Source of the DNA: Lytechinus pictus
Taxonomy: Eukaryota
Length of the DNA stretch: 64,000 nt
Assembly (NCBI RefSeq): GCF_037042905.1
Contig: NC_087251.1
Location: 42,410,001-42,474,000 of the forward strand
Reading direction: 5' to 3'
Made by a program: the position numbers and the translations under genes. The notes under the pieces were generated by a model. It did not search any database, was not told the origin of the DNA, and was given only the letters and a program-made list of their open reading frames with translations. Positions 24,701 through 39,700 of the stretch are shown here, one piece after another (within the stretch, counting starts at the first letter, position 1; each line of letters begins with the position of its first letter).

Positions 24701-27700
24701 CTTACCTCAGGGATAGGGGCATTGAGTCCCTGAATCTTTAGATGAGGATATGAGGGCGGGGGTCCATACCGTTGCATGGCAATCAACCAGGGTGGGGGGT
24801 ACTTGTCAGCATTCTAAAGGGATTCAAAAAATGTCTATCAATATCGAATGACTGCTAATTTATTCAAGTTATTTGGATACAAGGAAGATGATTTTTATAC
24901 ATATTTCTGGAGAATAATTTTTTGAATTGTGATTTATTTCATAATCTTTTCAATACTTTTTTTCTTTTAGATTTTAATCAAATAATAAGACATCAGCTCA
25001 TTTTTGTATCATGCCTACTGCAATTTCATGTAACATTTCTGATGAAATTTTCATTTGATCACTCAACTACATTAGATTCTTTGGGTGGTATATAGAGACA
25101 CACATTTATGAGCCTGCAATGAAATCAAATGTTACCATATAATCAATACAATATCGACTGAATCTTTATGATAATAACAATAACTGAGATTTTAAGTGGC
25201 TAATTCCATGCTGACTAAACTGGTCAAGGAAACCTTTTACAAATAAATTCCATTATTTTCCATAATTCCAATATGTATAAAATAATAAGAGAACGAGAAG
25301 AGTCATCAGTAGAGAAACAAAACAACAGCAAATTATTATAGTGATTCATATAAGAGCATTTTCATTGAGCACAGTTTTGAACGTCTTCATTTTGATTGTG
25401 AAATACCCATCTTTTCATGTATGATTGAGTGCATAAGATAAAATCGTAACTGTGTCGTTGCCATAGTAACTTACAGCCCCCGTTGGCATGCCAAGAGCTG
25501 TCCTCAGCTCCTCACTAAGCTCGCCCGGTTTCTTCTCTTTTAGTTTGGTTTCAAATTCTTTCCCTTCATAGTACAGGTCACCGTGAATGGTCAGCTTGGG
25601 CTTTGTCTGCCATCTGAAAAAAAAAAAAATCAAAATGCTAGTAAAATCATATTTAAAAGGTTACACTGTCTTATTAATAATAATAATAATAACGGTATAT
25701 TTACCCAGGGTAGCCACTTCAGTTCCGAAAACTGTTCTCCCAGCTGGCCCTGCTATCATTATTACCCGGCTTAGCTAGGCTACCTATTCAGGTGCACACA
25801 GCTTTTTGAGGAATTACTTCCTGCCGGTACCCATTTACCTCACCTGGGTTGAGTGCAGCACACTGTGGATGAATTCCTTGCTGAAGGAAATTACGCCATG
25901 ACTGGGATTTGAACCCACGACCCTCTGTTTCAAAGTCTGGAGACCATTCCACTGGGTCATGACGCTCCAATCTTTGTGATAGTGAAGTTGCCACGTGCAC
26001 ATTGAAAATGAAAGGCTTCCAAGACATTAATCACAAGATAAGATTAAATGCACTACAGTTGGGAAACGATCACATGAGAGGGGCTCTGGGCAAATTTGCC
26101 ACTGAAATCAGGGGTGTGAGTGGTCACAAATAAAAAGATCTGAAAAAAGCTGAAGAGTGTTGAAGAAGTCTGAAATAGAAAGAGCTCCCATACTTTTGAT
26201 ACAGAGGAAGGCCAAAAATAAGCTGAAAATAAAAAAAAACCAATCTGAAATCAGATAAAAATCTGAACTCTCACACCCCTGTGAAATGCCCTAAAAAGCC
26301 CTCGAAAACTAAGAGCCCCTAAACTTCCCACAGGGTTCAATGCAAACTTTCATACAATTTAGCAAATTCCAAGTTGTTACACATGGCGCTTCCAAATTAC
26401 AAGTTGGTCTCTAAAGTTGTAATGAAAAGGAATACGACGTGTCGTATCCTTCATTTCATCCAAATATACACTCAATCGAATATAGAAGATGCATTACCTG
26501 AAGAAGGCATCGTGGAGTTTCTGGTAATCAATGTCAATCTTGCCCATCTTAGGGCGAACTTTCTGTCGCATCTTTGTCTTCATCGTTTGTTGTTCTTCCT
26601 AACATGGAAGAAACGAGAAAGAAAATAGCAAGGGTGACTTAGAATCTTGCTCAAAAACACATCAAGTGATCTGATTGGAAGACAGTACGCGTCCTGTATG
26701 GATGATCTGATACTGCATGCAACTGAAATTTAAGTGCGACTCTAAATCACACTTAAATCTTTGTTAAAAACCCCTCTGGTGCTTTCTTTTTCCATATCAT
26801 TTTTGCTACAATTGCTATAATATTTTGATCATCAGTTTTCTCTTATTTGGACAATCATGTGACATGACATATTCCCCATCTCTCCATCTTTCTCTCCCCT
26901 CACAAACCAAAAATATTCTTTATGGATGGTAAGAAATAATCATAAATTAATTGAGCAAGTTTGCCTACTTGTCAGGAGTAAGGGGCAAAGGACTGTGATT
27001 AGATACAAGAGGGGGGGGGGGAACAAGATGTTATACACTTCCACTAGTAACGGTAATTGATTATCTACTATATCTTCCCAACTGACCTTAGAATACTGTG
27101 GTTCAAGATGATCTTTTTATCTCAATTGAAAATTTGAGTCAAGCATTACATGAAGCACTTGCCTTTTCCCTTTGATTTCAAATTTTCTGAATCGATTTCA
27201 AATGTTTCGACTTTATTTTCTTTCAGTTTATCTTGAAATTGTACCTCAAATCATGGGCGGAAATCCCAGGGGGATGGGGGGGGGGGGGGACGCATCCCCC
27301 TACCAAAAATAATAGGGGGAACACAATATCAAATGTCCCCCTACTATTTTGGGTGTTTTATGATGGAGAGAAAAAAATATCATTCACAATCGAAATAATA
27401 TATGTATTTTGGACTAAATGACCTTACATTTTGGGTGAAAACCTTTTTTTTTTTTTTCCTTTGCTTGTCAAATTTTCCAGCCCCTGGTCCCCCCTACCTT
27501 TGGGGACAGATTTCCACCCATGCCTCAACTCTAAAATTAATGTTCTATGTAAGACTAGTGGAGTGTTGCAAGAATTTTGCAATCAATTGCAAGTCAATTT
27601 TGGGTCCCAAAATCAATCAGAAGTCTTGAAATTAATCGCAAATTTGCACTCACTTGCTGTACTGCTTTTTGAAACAAGAACTTCAAACTGAATAACTGTA

Positions 27701-30700
27701 GTTAAAATTGATCTATCAGTTGTAAATTTGCAATAGAAATTTACAATTGATTACATACATTTTCTTACAGTACACTGTAAGTTATTATCATGATCATTGT
27801 GGAAGAAGCAAATGGAGGAGAGGGTTGGGTTGAGGGAGGAGGATGCACCAAATAGAGTATATATGGAGGGAGGGGTGAATGCGACCAACCCTGCAGTTGA
27901 GGACTTCTCCAGATTTAAAACTGGGATGACTAAATGACCGACTTTATTATTAGAATTCTCCTATTAGGCAACCACATGATTCAATGGGTTCACTATTTCT
28001 ACATCTTTTTCTCCCCTCACAAACCAAAAATATTTTTTGTGGACGGTGACAGAGGGTTTCAAATTCATTCAAGAGTCAGGAGCGTAGAACTGTGGTAATC
28101 CTTTATAAAATCACTTCTAAATTTGATAGTTTGTAAATTTGCAATTGACTGCAAATATTTTCTTACAACACTCCATAAGTTATTATCATTATTATCAGGA
28201 GCGGATCCAGGATTTTCCAAAAAAGGGGGGGGGGGGCAAATTTTTAGGAGGAAAGTTTTGACAAGCCCCCCCCCCCCAAAAAAAAAAGGTTTTCAACCAC
28301 AAATAATTACGAGTATTTCGTACCTACAAACATTTGACAAGCAAAAAAAAAAAAAAAAAAAAAAAAGGCCTTCAATTTTCAAAAGAGGGGGCGTTTTAAT
28401 GGCATTTTTACATTACAAATTTTTAATTTTACTTCTCAAAAGGGGTCCCCCTGATTATCATCATTATGTTACGAAGCATACCTTTTCCTGAAGGGCCTGT
28501 CTCATTTCCATGATGCCTGTCCTTTGGATGAACTCTGGCAGTTCAAAGGGTGGTTTGATGATCCCTCTCTTACCCTGTAAATACTTGCGCTTGAAACACC
28601 AATGCCTTGGTACGCCTACTGTATTCCTATATGCCTGAAAGAGTTCAAGGTGAAGAAAAAAATGTAGTTACAGCAAACAGTTATTTCAGGAGGAAGTTTT
28701 TAAAATCAAGGTTATTTGTCACCGTATTATCATGCATCCTACATCCGGTACATTAATGTAAACTTAAGATTGTGAAATCATAAAATCTTAGTTGAAAACC
28801 AAAATTCTTAAGATTACTTACACAGAAAAATGTATGTGGGACAGCACATCAATATTGCTTGGAAAAGAACCCGATGAAATGCTGCGCTTATTTTGCAAAG
28901 TTCTCAGCAATTACACATTTTTCTTCTAGAGCCATTTGGCACATACACTACTCAAAAAAAGTTAAGGACCACTTTTTAATGTGTGTATACAATTTTCAAA
29001 CCGGGTGTTGTATTTCTAGAAATACCCGAATATGGCTGTCTTGAATCTCCTCAAACACCCTGTAACAATTTCACACATGGGTGGTTTCAGTTGTTGCATG
29101 ATGTCTCTCGCATTATTGCATATCCTGAAAAGTGGGCCCATTGTGAAGTGGTACAAATGTGGATTCAAATGCATTTTCTGTCTTTAGTCTCTACAATCAA
29201 CAAATTGCTGACAACAGCAATGCCAAGATACAGCTGTCCAGGATGCCATCAAACACAATAAAATCAATTTCACACATGCAGTTCTTTCATGTCTCTTGCA
29301 TCATTGCAATGTGCCCGTACAAAAGTGGCTTCCAAAGCATTTTCTGTCTTTAGTCTCTACAATCAACAACTTGCTGACAATAGCAATGCCAAGATACAGC
29401 TGTCCAGAATGCCATCAAACACAATGACATCAATTTCACACATGCAGTTCTTTCATGATGTCTCTGGCATCATTGCAGTGGGCCATAAGACAAGTGTCTT
29501 CCAAAGCATTTTCCGTCTTTAGTCTGTACAATCAACAACTTGCCTACAACAGCAATGCCAAGACACCACCTAAGTGAAACAGATGTAGCCAGAGCCCTAG
29601 GGATGCTGGAAGCTGGCCTCAGTCAGCGAAGAGTAGCCAGAATGATGGGCGTGTCACACAGTGTCATTAGCAGAGCAAATCAAAGACACCGAGAGACAGG
29701 GCTATACTCCAAGAGACCCCGCAGTGGCCGACCAGTTTCGACAACCCCTAGAGATGATCGCTACTTGACGAATCTCAGCCTCCGCAACCGCTTTCACAGT
29801 GCACGCCGCCTCAACAATGACTTCGCTGCAGCAACTGGAGTGATTGTTTCCACTCAAACAATCCGTAACCGACCTCACAGAGCCAATATGCATGCCAGAC
29901 GGCCAGCTCAGTGTGTCCCACTCACCCCTGCTCACAGAAGAATTCGTCTCAACTGGGCCCGGGAGCATGTCAGATGGACCAGACAGCAATGGCGTAGAGT
30001 TCTGTTCACAGATGAGAGCAGATTTTCCCTTGACCACAATGATGGACGTTCGAGAGCCTGGAGGCGACCAGGAGAGAGATTTGCAGACCCCTGTATTGCA
30101 GAACATGACTGTTATGGGGGAGGCAGCGTCATGGTGTGGGGAGGCATCACCTACGCCAACCGTACTCGTCTCTACGTGGTCCCAGGGGGAGCAATGACAG
30201 GAGTGAGGTACAGGGATGAGGTCCTTGAACCTATAGTGGTGCCATTTGCAGAAAATGTGGGACAAAACATCATTTTCATGGATGACAATGCCCGTGCCCA
30301 CCGAGCTAGGGTGGTGACCGAGTTCCTTGAGGGCCAGGGGATTGAGCGTATGGAGTGGCCAGCGAGGTCCCCGGACTTAAACCCGATAGAGCACGTCTGG
30401 GACATGATGGGGAGGAGTCTCGAGCAGCTCGAAGCCCATCCACTTGGACTGCAGCAGCTGGGTGTGGCTCTGGAGGCTGCATGGGATGCACTGGACGTCA
30501 GAGACATCAATCGCCTCATCAGCTCCATGAGAGAGCGCTGTGAAGCCGTTATTGCTGCAGGAGGTGGTCACACTCGTTACTGAACTGCCTGAAAGACACT
30601 CAGACATTCGTTTTTACCACTTCATGTCGGTAGCTGATACCCCTCGGGGCCCACTTTTCAGGATGTGCAGTGATGCGAGAGACATTGTGCAACAACTGAA

Positions 30701-33700
30701 ACCACCCATGCGTGAAATTGATTACAGCGTGTTTAAGGACATTTAGGACAGTTGTACTGAGGTATTTCCAGAAATAAAACACCTTGTATAAAATCTTTAT
30801 GTACGTTTTAAAAAGTGGTCCTTAACTTTTTTTGAGTAGTGTATAATTACAAACACTTGGGTGGTAATTTTTTTGGATTCTGATCACACCCGTATTGAGA
30901 TCGTTACCACAATTGGAATTTGTCTTCAACACCATCCAAATACAAATGTCTATGTTTTGAGAAATGAGTGTTTATTCACATAACTTAGGATAAGCATCAA
31001 AATCTCACGTCTGAACCCTGCCGAGCTTTGTTGTATTGACTAATCAGATCCAGACTGAACAAGCCTTTAACGTGGCTGATACATTACATACCTTGAGGTA
31101 GACAAGAAGTTTAGGATCCCTAGCGGTGACATCGTGCATCTCAACGACATCCGGTCTGGTAACCAGTTGCTTCAGCTCAGCGACACTCAGACGGTTCAGC
31201 TTACGCAACTTCTTCTTGGAAATCTTGGGCTTTCCATCATCTTCTTCCTCCTACCATTTCAAATAATTTCACATCAAGATAGCGATTTAAAAGAAGCGAA
31301 CTGTATTCTGCTGTGATTGAAATATTATATTAACTATACCATGTGGATTATGTAGTATCATTATTGTGTATTGAAGCTTATTGATATGATTTAATTTTTG
31401 CACAATCTAATTTGTGTCTTTCCATTCTGAATGATTTTATTGTTTTTTTTTCAACATCTTACAGCTAATTTGCAATTTTGTGTTAAAATGGCACTGGCAC
31501 CGGAATGTTCGGCTTGGGGAAGGGGTGGGGAGGGGCGGGGGTTCGATTACAATATGTTATAGCAAGGCTCCACATTAACTTTTTTTGGTGGTGGCCCGTT
31601 CGGGCCACCAAAATCTTTGAATAATTTTTTTGGGTGGCCCGATATTAAAGTTTGGTGGCCCGAAAAATATAAAGAAAAACATTAAAAATGAATAAATGGG
31701 TATAAATGGTTTAACCACTGTAAAAAAAAATGAAAGAAAATAATATAACAGCAAAAAAAAGTGTGAGAAAATTCCTTCCCTAACTTTAAATTTGCCAAAA
31801 TGTTGGAAAAATTCACATTTCATATTAATGAAATGCCTTCCCAAAGTATTTACTTTCTCAAGAGTTGTTTAAGAAATGATTTATAAACAAGAAAGAAAGT
31901 AACTGTCTGTTTATTTTTGGCTAGAAAAGACCGGAAAAGACACAGCTTCGAAAGAAACCAAGTAAAAACATACATACAAATGCACATGTGGGACTGTGAT
32001 GTACTCACCTATGTGTTTTTATGTATATCATTTTCATTTGGAAATCGGTCTTTTTGAGTCAAAAGAGAGGTCATGATTCCTCTTTTTAATGCTTGCAAAT
32101 AATCAGGATACACCAGATTTTAGCAAAAAGGTCTGTAGAAGGGCATTTCATTGGTGTAAAATGTGACTTTGACTTGGATTTTCATAGTTCTGTGGAAGAT
32201 TTCTTAGCATGCAGCAACATTTCGTATCGCAGCTCCCTGAGTCTGAGTAGGCTGCTAACGCACAGCTGCTTCAAGCATGCAAAGCTCACGCCAGCCGGCT
32301 GGATAAAAGCTACTTAATGCTATAGCGGTAGGCCAACTTTGTGTGTGTGTTTGTGTGTAGATCAACAAATTGGGCGCATGAGGAACTGGCTTGCAATTTG
32401 AATTGTAGAAAGTTGATAAATGCGTGCAAAATGGGGAGAAAAATTGCGCTATTCTGAAAATTATTGGTTGCCCGATTCGGGCCACCAAAACTTAATATTT
32501 TTTCATTAATGGTTGCCCGAGGTGAATTTCTGGTGGCCCCGGGCCACCGCTAATGTCGAGCCTTGGTTATAGGCAAATGGGTTAATTGCCACTTGGTCTG
32601 TGTTCTGTTTGATCTCACTATGCCAGACCTGCCAACCTCTGGGAATGAAAAACTGTATTCTGTGATTAAAAAAATGTACTTTTCTGGTGAATTTCTGGTG
32701 GCCCCGGGCCACCGCTAATGTCGAGCCTTGGTTATAGGCAAATGGGTTAATTGCCACTTGGTCTGTGTTCTGTTTGATCTCACTATGCCAGACCTGCCAA
32801 CCTCTGGGAATGAAAAACTGTATTCTGTGATTAAAAAAATGTACTTTTCCCCCAAAAAGTGTATTTCATAATAAAATGCTTGGCGCACTCGCTCATTGCG
32901 GCACTCAAGCTGCATGCAAACTAAAATGTGCACTGCTCTTGCAGATGAAAAAAAAACATTAAAACATGTGTATATCTTCACCCTGGTTTTAACAAAATGA
33001 TTGAAAAAAAAAAAAAAAAAGTTACCTAAAATTACACTGATCTAATAACCATATTTGTGTACGTTTTATGAAATAGAGACATGTAGAGATGATTTTTCTC
33101 AATAAATTACGAAAAAAAAAATGTATATTTTAAAGAAAAACGTACTGCCGTATTTTGGTTGCAAAAATGTATTAAATACGCCTAAAACGTACTGGTTGGC
33201 AGGTCTGTTATGCCCCATCTAATCCTAGTTTGTTTACAATCACTTTGTCATTTAGCCCATGCACCCATTTTGTCTTAATTCCCAGTAAGGCTACACTGAA
33301 TTTGAATAATATCCACTGTTTATGAACCAAATTTTCATTTCACACAAAGAAAAAAATAATTAGTGGACGAAGTGGATATTGGACTAACTGGGCATTAGAC
33401 CAAATGAGAATTAGACTAAGTAGGTTAAGATCAAGTGCGGTGAAGACAAGATGGCATTTAGACCAAATAGGTTTAGCCCATGTCATATTAGACTACCCGA
33501 GGAGTAGACCAACTGCTTGTAGACCAAATGAATATAAAGCAGCGAAGCGAGAAGCAGACTCACCATGTCACTATCATCATCGGAATCCTCATCAGAATCT
33601 TTATCCTTCTCTTTCTGCTTCTCAGGTTTAGGTGTCTCCTTTTCTGGCTCCTTCACTTCCGGCTTCATCGGTTCAGAGAGCTAATAATAATAATAAATCA

Positions 33701-36700
33701 TAAGAAATATATATTTTCATCTCCAACACTTCAACAAAGCTAAGGTCCTGTCGTTGCAGTCAAACAATTGTTTCATATAAAGAAAGTATGTAAAATCAAG
33801 TTCAATTAATTTAAACCCCTTAGGAACATCAAAATAGCATCCAATGGAATGAAAGGAAATGTACCTACCTGGAATGCTTGGAATATCCGTTGGAACTGTC
33901 TGAATGCTGGATCAACTACTTCAATCTTCTCCGGGACATATTCCACTTCCACCTTTTCTTCCTTCTTCTTGCCTTTCTTCTCTTCGTCCTCCTTCTTTAG
34001 TCTATTCTCCGCTACAGCTTCTTCCTTCTCTGCCCGCTTTGCCGCTTTCCTCTTTTTCTTCTTCAGCTTCCTCCGTCTATTCTTTGACTGAAAAAAAAAT
34101 CATACATTGCGATAAATGATTAACAGATAATAAATACATTAACCTAAAACTTAGTAATTTAATCCAGTCTGATCTAAAAGACTGCTTTTCCCTTGCATTA
34201 ATAACCAAGGATACTTAAAGGACAAGTCCACCCCAACAAAAATTGATTTGATTACAAAGAGAAAAATCAAACAAAGCATAACACTGAATATTTCATCAAA
34301 ATCGGATGTAAAATAAGAAAGTTATGACATTTAAAGTTTCGCTTAATTTCACAAAACAGTTATATCCACATCCTGGTTGGTATGCAAATGAGGAGACTGA
34401 TGACGTCATCCACTCACTATTTCTTTTGTATTTTATAATATGAAATATTCTAATTTTCTCCTCATTGTCAAGTAAGACAGTGATTAATTCCTCCCTGAAC
34501 ATGTGATCTTAGCATTGCTTAATACTATATGATTCAGTCAAGTCGGTCCCTATAGTCATATCTGTAAAAAATGAAATATTGTATAATTCAAACAATAAAA
34601 AACAAAAGAAATAGTGAGTGATGGATATCATCGACTGACTCATTTGCATGTCACTGAGTTGTGCATATCCCTGTTTTGTGAAAAATAAGCGAAACTTAAA
34701 AATGCCATAACTTTCTTATTTTCCGATTTTGATGAAATTTTCAGTGTTATGCTAGTTTGATTTTTCTCTAATTATTCAAATCAACATCTTGCTGGGGTGG
34801 ACTTGACCTTTAACAAATAACTCCAACACCATCATTTTCCAAATTTAATCCTTTCAGAAGGGATTAAATTTCATATTCATTAAAGAAAGGTGTGGAATGG
34901 AATAGAAATATCACTTCTAGCGATAATTAATTACCGGGGGGGGGGGGGGGGGGGTTACCCAGATGAAGACAAGTAATTAAAAACTAGTATTGTTGTCTAG
35001 GCAATGATATAAAAAGTGGATTTTACCATTTTCTGATTATTGGACTGGATCTTTTTTTTCTGCTTTTCCTCCTGTTCCTCCTCTTCTTCTTCCTCTTCAT
35101 TATCAGCGTCATCATCAGATACCTCGTCTTCTGCTGGTGGGAGGAACTCGTCTTTAACAGCTATGACACAAACAAAAATCATAAGTTTGCAAAGTAGTTA
35201 TCTTTTACATCATATGCATAGAAATAATGATAATCGCAATTGCTGATATGGCACCAAAAGGCCACTGCACACCTTATGATTGGTCTACGACTCGATTTTG
35301 GAATAAAACATAGTTAACTTTGATGCTAATATTGAGACACGGAATATCTTACTGTGTAATGTTCTGAATCATCGTACTAATACCAATGTTCGAATCTGTG
35401 ACTATGCTGTCATCCTTATTAGAATAAAAGCGAATTTAATATCTAGCCGTAATGACGTCAATGCAATTGTAAAATTTTGCTTTTTCTCCAAAATAAAAGG
35501 TTGCAATCATCCAAAATTGTTATACTAGTATTTTTCAGTTAATTTGAACCGGCTTTAAAAAAAAAAAAATTATTTACATTTTTAGAAAGTGAGCATAATG
35601 CGACTTGTTCTAAAATCCCATCGTGGACCAGACGTAAAGTATATATGTCTTTATCAGAAGTCTCTAAGCACTCTACAATAAATGCAGCAAAATTTCCCTG
35701 GCTCAAGCCAAGCTACTTTTACAAGCTCAAGCGTTTCCAGAAATAAATTCCAGCCAGGTACCCATTTACCTCACCTGGGTTAAGTGCAGCACAATGAGGG
35801 ATCAATTTCTTGCTGAAGGAAATCATGACATGACTTGCATTCGAAACTCTGAACCTCTATTCAAAAGTCCGGAAACTAATCCACTGGACCACAATCCTCC
35901 ACTATACATGTATGTGGATCAATTTCTTGCTGAAGGACATTACGCCATGGCAGGGATTAGAACCCGCAACCCTCTTGGACCCTCTGTTTCAAAGTCTGGA
36001 GACTAATCCACTGGGCCACAATGCTACCACTATAATGTTAAACAGTAGAATTTGAGAACGAAGCGGGGGAGGCAACACAATTTCTCTGTGAATAAACAGA
36101 ATAATAATCATTTGCCATTTTGTGGAACATTATCATAATGCTACTGATGAAACTAAGATTGATTATCCTAATGAGATTAACAAAAGAACTGACCTTCATC
36201 GATGTTTGATCCAATCTGCTGGGCTCGCTTATCCTTGAAAGCAAACACCTTCTCCATGGCTTGTGGGACTTTGATGTCCTTAGCTAGATCATCTACAGGA
36301 GAGGGGCGAGAGGGAGATGGGAAAATACAAAACAGGTTAATGATGATTAAAATTTGTTGCAGTAAAGACTGATTTCACAAGAAGGTCTGTAAAACCAATA
36401 TTAATTGTGACTAGATCATTGTGAATAACCGAGCTACGTGAAATTCTAAGGTCGTGTGAATGGTTGTACAGAACTTCTTAACTTAAGAACAGCTTTATGA
36501 AACATCCACTTGAATCTCTACATGCAAGACCTTCTTCAAACGACTTGTCTCTGCTTTGTGCTTCATATGAGAGGTGAAGTGCTCTCAAATCATCAAAGCT
36601 TGAGAAGTCCAAGAAGTCAAGTAAAAGTGTAAGTGAACTGTGTGCAAGTTTTCATATTTGCAGAACAGTGTCTAGTGATACATGGGTCCTCGAAACATAA

Positions 36701-39700
36701 TCAGAGTACCATTCAAATGCTAATAAAATGCACTTTTAGGAGATACGACTTTTAATTGCAAATGCTGTTACATTTTTCTGCAGAAGAGAAATGTAAGTGG
36801 GATTTCCATTTTTTTGGGGGGGGTAAATCCTGTATACATACCATCCATCTTTGAAAGCCCGCCATCATCTAAGAGAGGTGGCGGATGCCCCTTGTCCATC
36901 ATCAGATGAGGAGGCATCCTCTCAAATCGGTCCCTTCCCATCATGGGCCTGGAGTCGTGTCCTGGTCCCCTGCCATCACGCAGCGGCATCCGATGCCTCT
37001 CGTGCGGTCCCCTGCGATCCATAGGACCCGGTTGAAACCCTGGCCTTGGTCCTCGGATGCCCTGGCCCACCGGCGTCTCTCGTCGTCCAGGGGGGCGAGG
37101 TGGCCTTTCCATCTCTGGCTGCATACGAGGCTGGCTTGGAGCCCCAGAGGTTGGGATGGGTAGTAACCCACTCATATTGGCTGGGATAGTGATGAGAAAG
37201 AAAAGCACTCAAAAACATAACATCGACCTGCAATCGTTTGCTTTTAAGAAGTACATGGATACCAAATCTGCATTTCAAAAGTGTAAATGAATTCACAGTT
37301 ATACACAGTTCAATAAATAATATCTGAGTCAAGCCATTTTAGACATATTGAATTCTAGATGGATAGGCTTTCACATGCCAGGCTACCATGATGCAATGGA
37401 AAACACTCCACCCCTTGGATAGGATGTTACATGGCAACCCAGTGTAAAAAAGAGTCACCCATTTGCATCTAAGAGCAGGGGAACCCCTTGTCAAAGTCCT
37501 CCTGCACGCAATCCAATCAGTTACATTGGTGATTCAATTCGTTCTTTAACTCCTGAGCACAAGTGACACACACACACAAAACCCCACCCACACACGCAAA
37601 AAAAACCCCATCCAAACCTGTTTAAGACGACATATATATATAAATAATCCTTGATTATTAAGACCACACATTTGGTTTCCCTGCACAAATTTCCACCATT
37701 GAACCATAATAATTACGTGGTGGTCTCTATAATATATAAAATACAGGTTTTTTTCAATATATTATATTGAAGAAAAATAGAACTGTATATAGAGACCACC
37801 TTTCTTGTCTTATAAGGGTGGTTGTTATGTGCAGGGCCCCGTCTTACAAAGTGTTACGATTGATCCAATTAATCGTATGGAAATCCATCAGTGTCATAAT
37901 TCTTTATACAAGAAATTTGCAAAATGTCCTTTGTAAACAATGTAAACAAAGGGGAACACACCAAATTGTCAAGAAATCTATGAATTTACGGATATACATT
38001 CATATCTAGAATTTTTTTTGAACAAACATGCATTTTACATGTTGACTTTGCTTGCTTTCCATAGTTGCGATTGATTGGATCAATCGCAACTCTTTGTAAG
38101 AAGGGCCCCATGTTTGACGGTCCTAATTCAATGAAGGTTAATCTTGATGGCATACCTTTTTGCTGTTGCTCCCTGTGTTGTGCAGCCTCGATCTCCAGCA
38201 TTTCTTGTTGTTTCCTGATCTTGACTTCCTCTTCTCTTTGAACAGCTAGTGCCCTTTGTTGATCCCGAAGGAGATCTGCTTCTTTCATGGTTTCCTCTAC
38301 AACCCGCTGATGCTCTATGAGGATCTGGATTCAGAGAATGATTTGAAATCGTTGAAGGTTATCCACAAATTTCACTCAAAAGCGTGGCAATGAAACATGT
38401 CATTTCTATGAATAAACAGAGAATGCTATATGAGAAAGAAAATATAGAGTCCAAATTAAGTATTATGGACTTAACTTTTTCATTGAGGACATTTTGATGG
38501 AGTCTCGAGAATACCAAAATACAGTTTGAAGATCTCATAGTTTTTCATTTATCTGACAACTGACCTTTCTTTAGATTAAATGAGGGAATTCTCCAAATTG
38601 AAGCATCTAAATCACTATTTGCCATAGGGGATTAACAATTAAAGAGGATAGTTTTGGATGTAAATAATATTTAAGGTCATATCAGTATAGTACCTGTTGT
38701 TGGACGACTTTCTGTCTTGTCTCTTCATCAAGTTCTCTAGCCTTGCGTTGTTCTTCTAACATCTTCTGCTGCTGCATAGCTTTCTGCATCTTCTGTTCAT
38801 CCTCCAGTCTCTGCTGCTCCTGTCTCTGTCTTATACGCTCCTGTTGTTGTTGAAGGATCCTCTGCTTCTCCCTCTCAATCAGCTCTTGCTGTTCTTCCGC
38901 AATACGAGCGACTTCAGCAACCTCTGCTTTCTCTCTTTCTTGCTTCTCCCGCACCTGCACATGTCGTATCTCCATCATCTCCACCCCCGTCATGTGCTTT
39001 GGAGTTGTTGCAGTATCGGCTGGCATCACGGGTGGAGGGGCTGGCATCTGGGCTAATGACATAGGTGGTGGTGGTGGTGGGGGAATAGGAGGGGGTTGCA
39101 TTGCCCCCAAGTTAGGCAATTGCATGGGTAGATTAGGTGGCTCTAAAGAGGGTGGCTGGGAACTTACTGGTGACTGGGTTGGGGGTGCTGGAGGTGGAGG
39201 GATTGGCATTGTAGGTGGTTGCTGAGTGGGCATATTTGTCGATGTCTGCTCACCTTGTAGAAGCAAGTGTGGAGGTTTTGGAGGTTGCGGTGGAGGAGGG
39301 GGGAATGCCTGTTGGTTCTGCATGATGGGTGGTGGAGAGTCGGATCTATGAAAAGGTGCCGGAGGTGGCTGGAAGGAAGTTGAATGCATGGAAGGAGGCT
39401 GTACTGGTGGTACAGGAGGAGGCTGCAACTGAGACTGTGGCATCTGAGTAGACTGGATGGGCGGAGGCTGCGCCCGAGGTTGCTGAATTTCAGGCTGCAT
39501 ATGATGTGACTGCATTTGAGACATCTGCATGGAGGAGGTATTCCTTTGGGAGGAGGGAATAGCAGGGGATTCCATCTGATGAGACTGCATTGGAGGACGC
39601 TCCATTTGGTGTGGCTGAAGCTGAGGAGGCTCCATTGGACGAGACAGCATTTGAGGGGATTCTATTTGTGGCGGCTCCATTCGCTGAGACTGCATTTGAG

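Noticed and set aside
29702..30607. Overlapping 60-199-aa ORFs
   Set aside because: Alternative-frame or antisense shadows of the Tc1 transposase.
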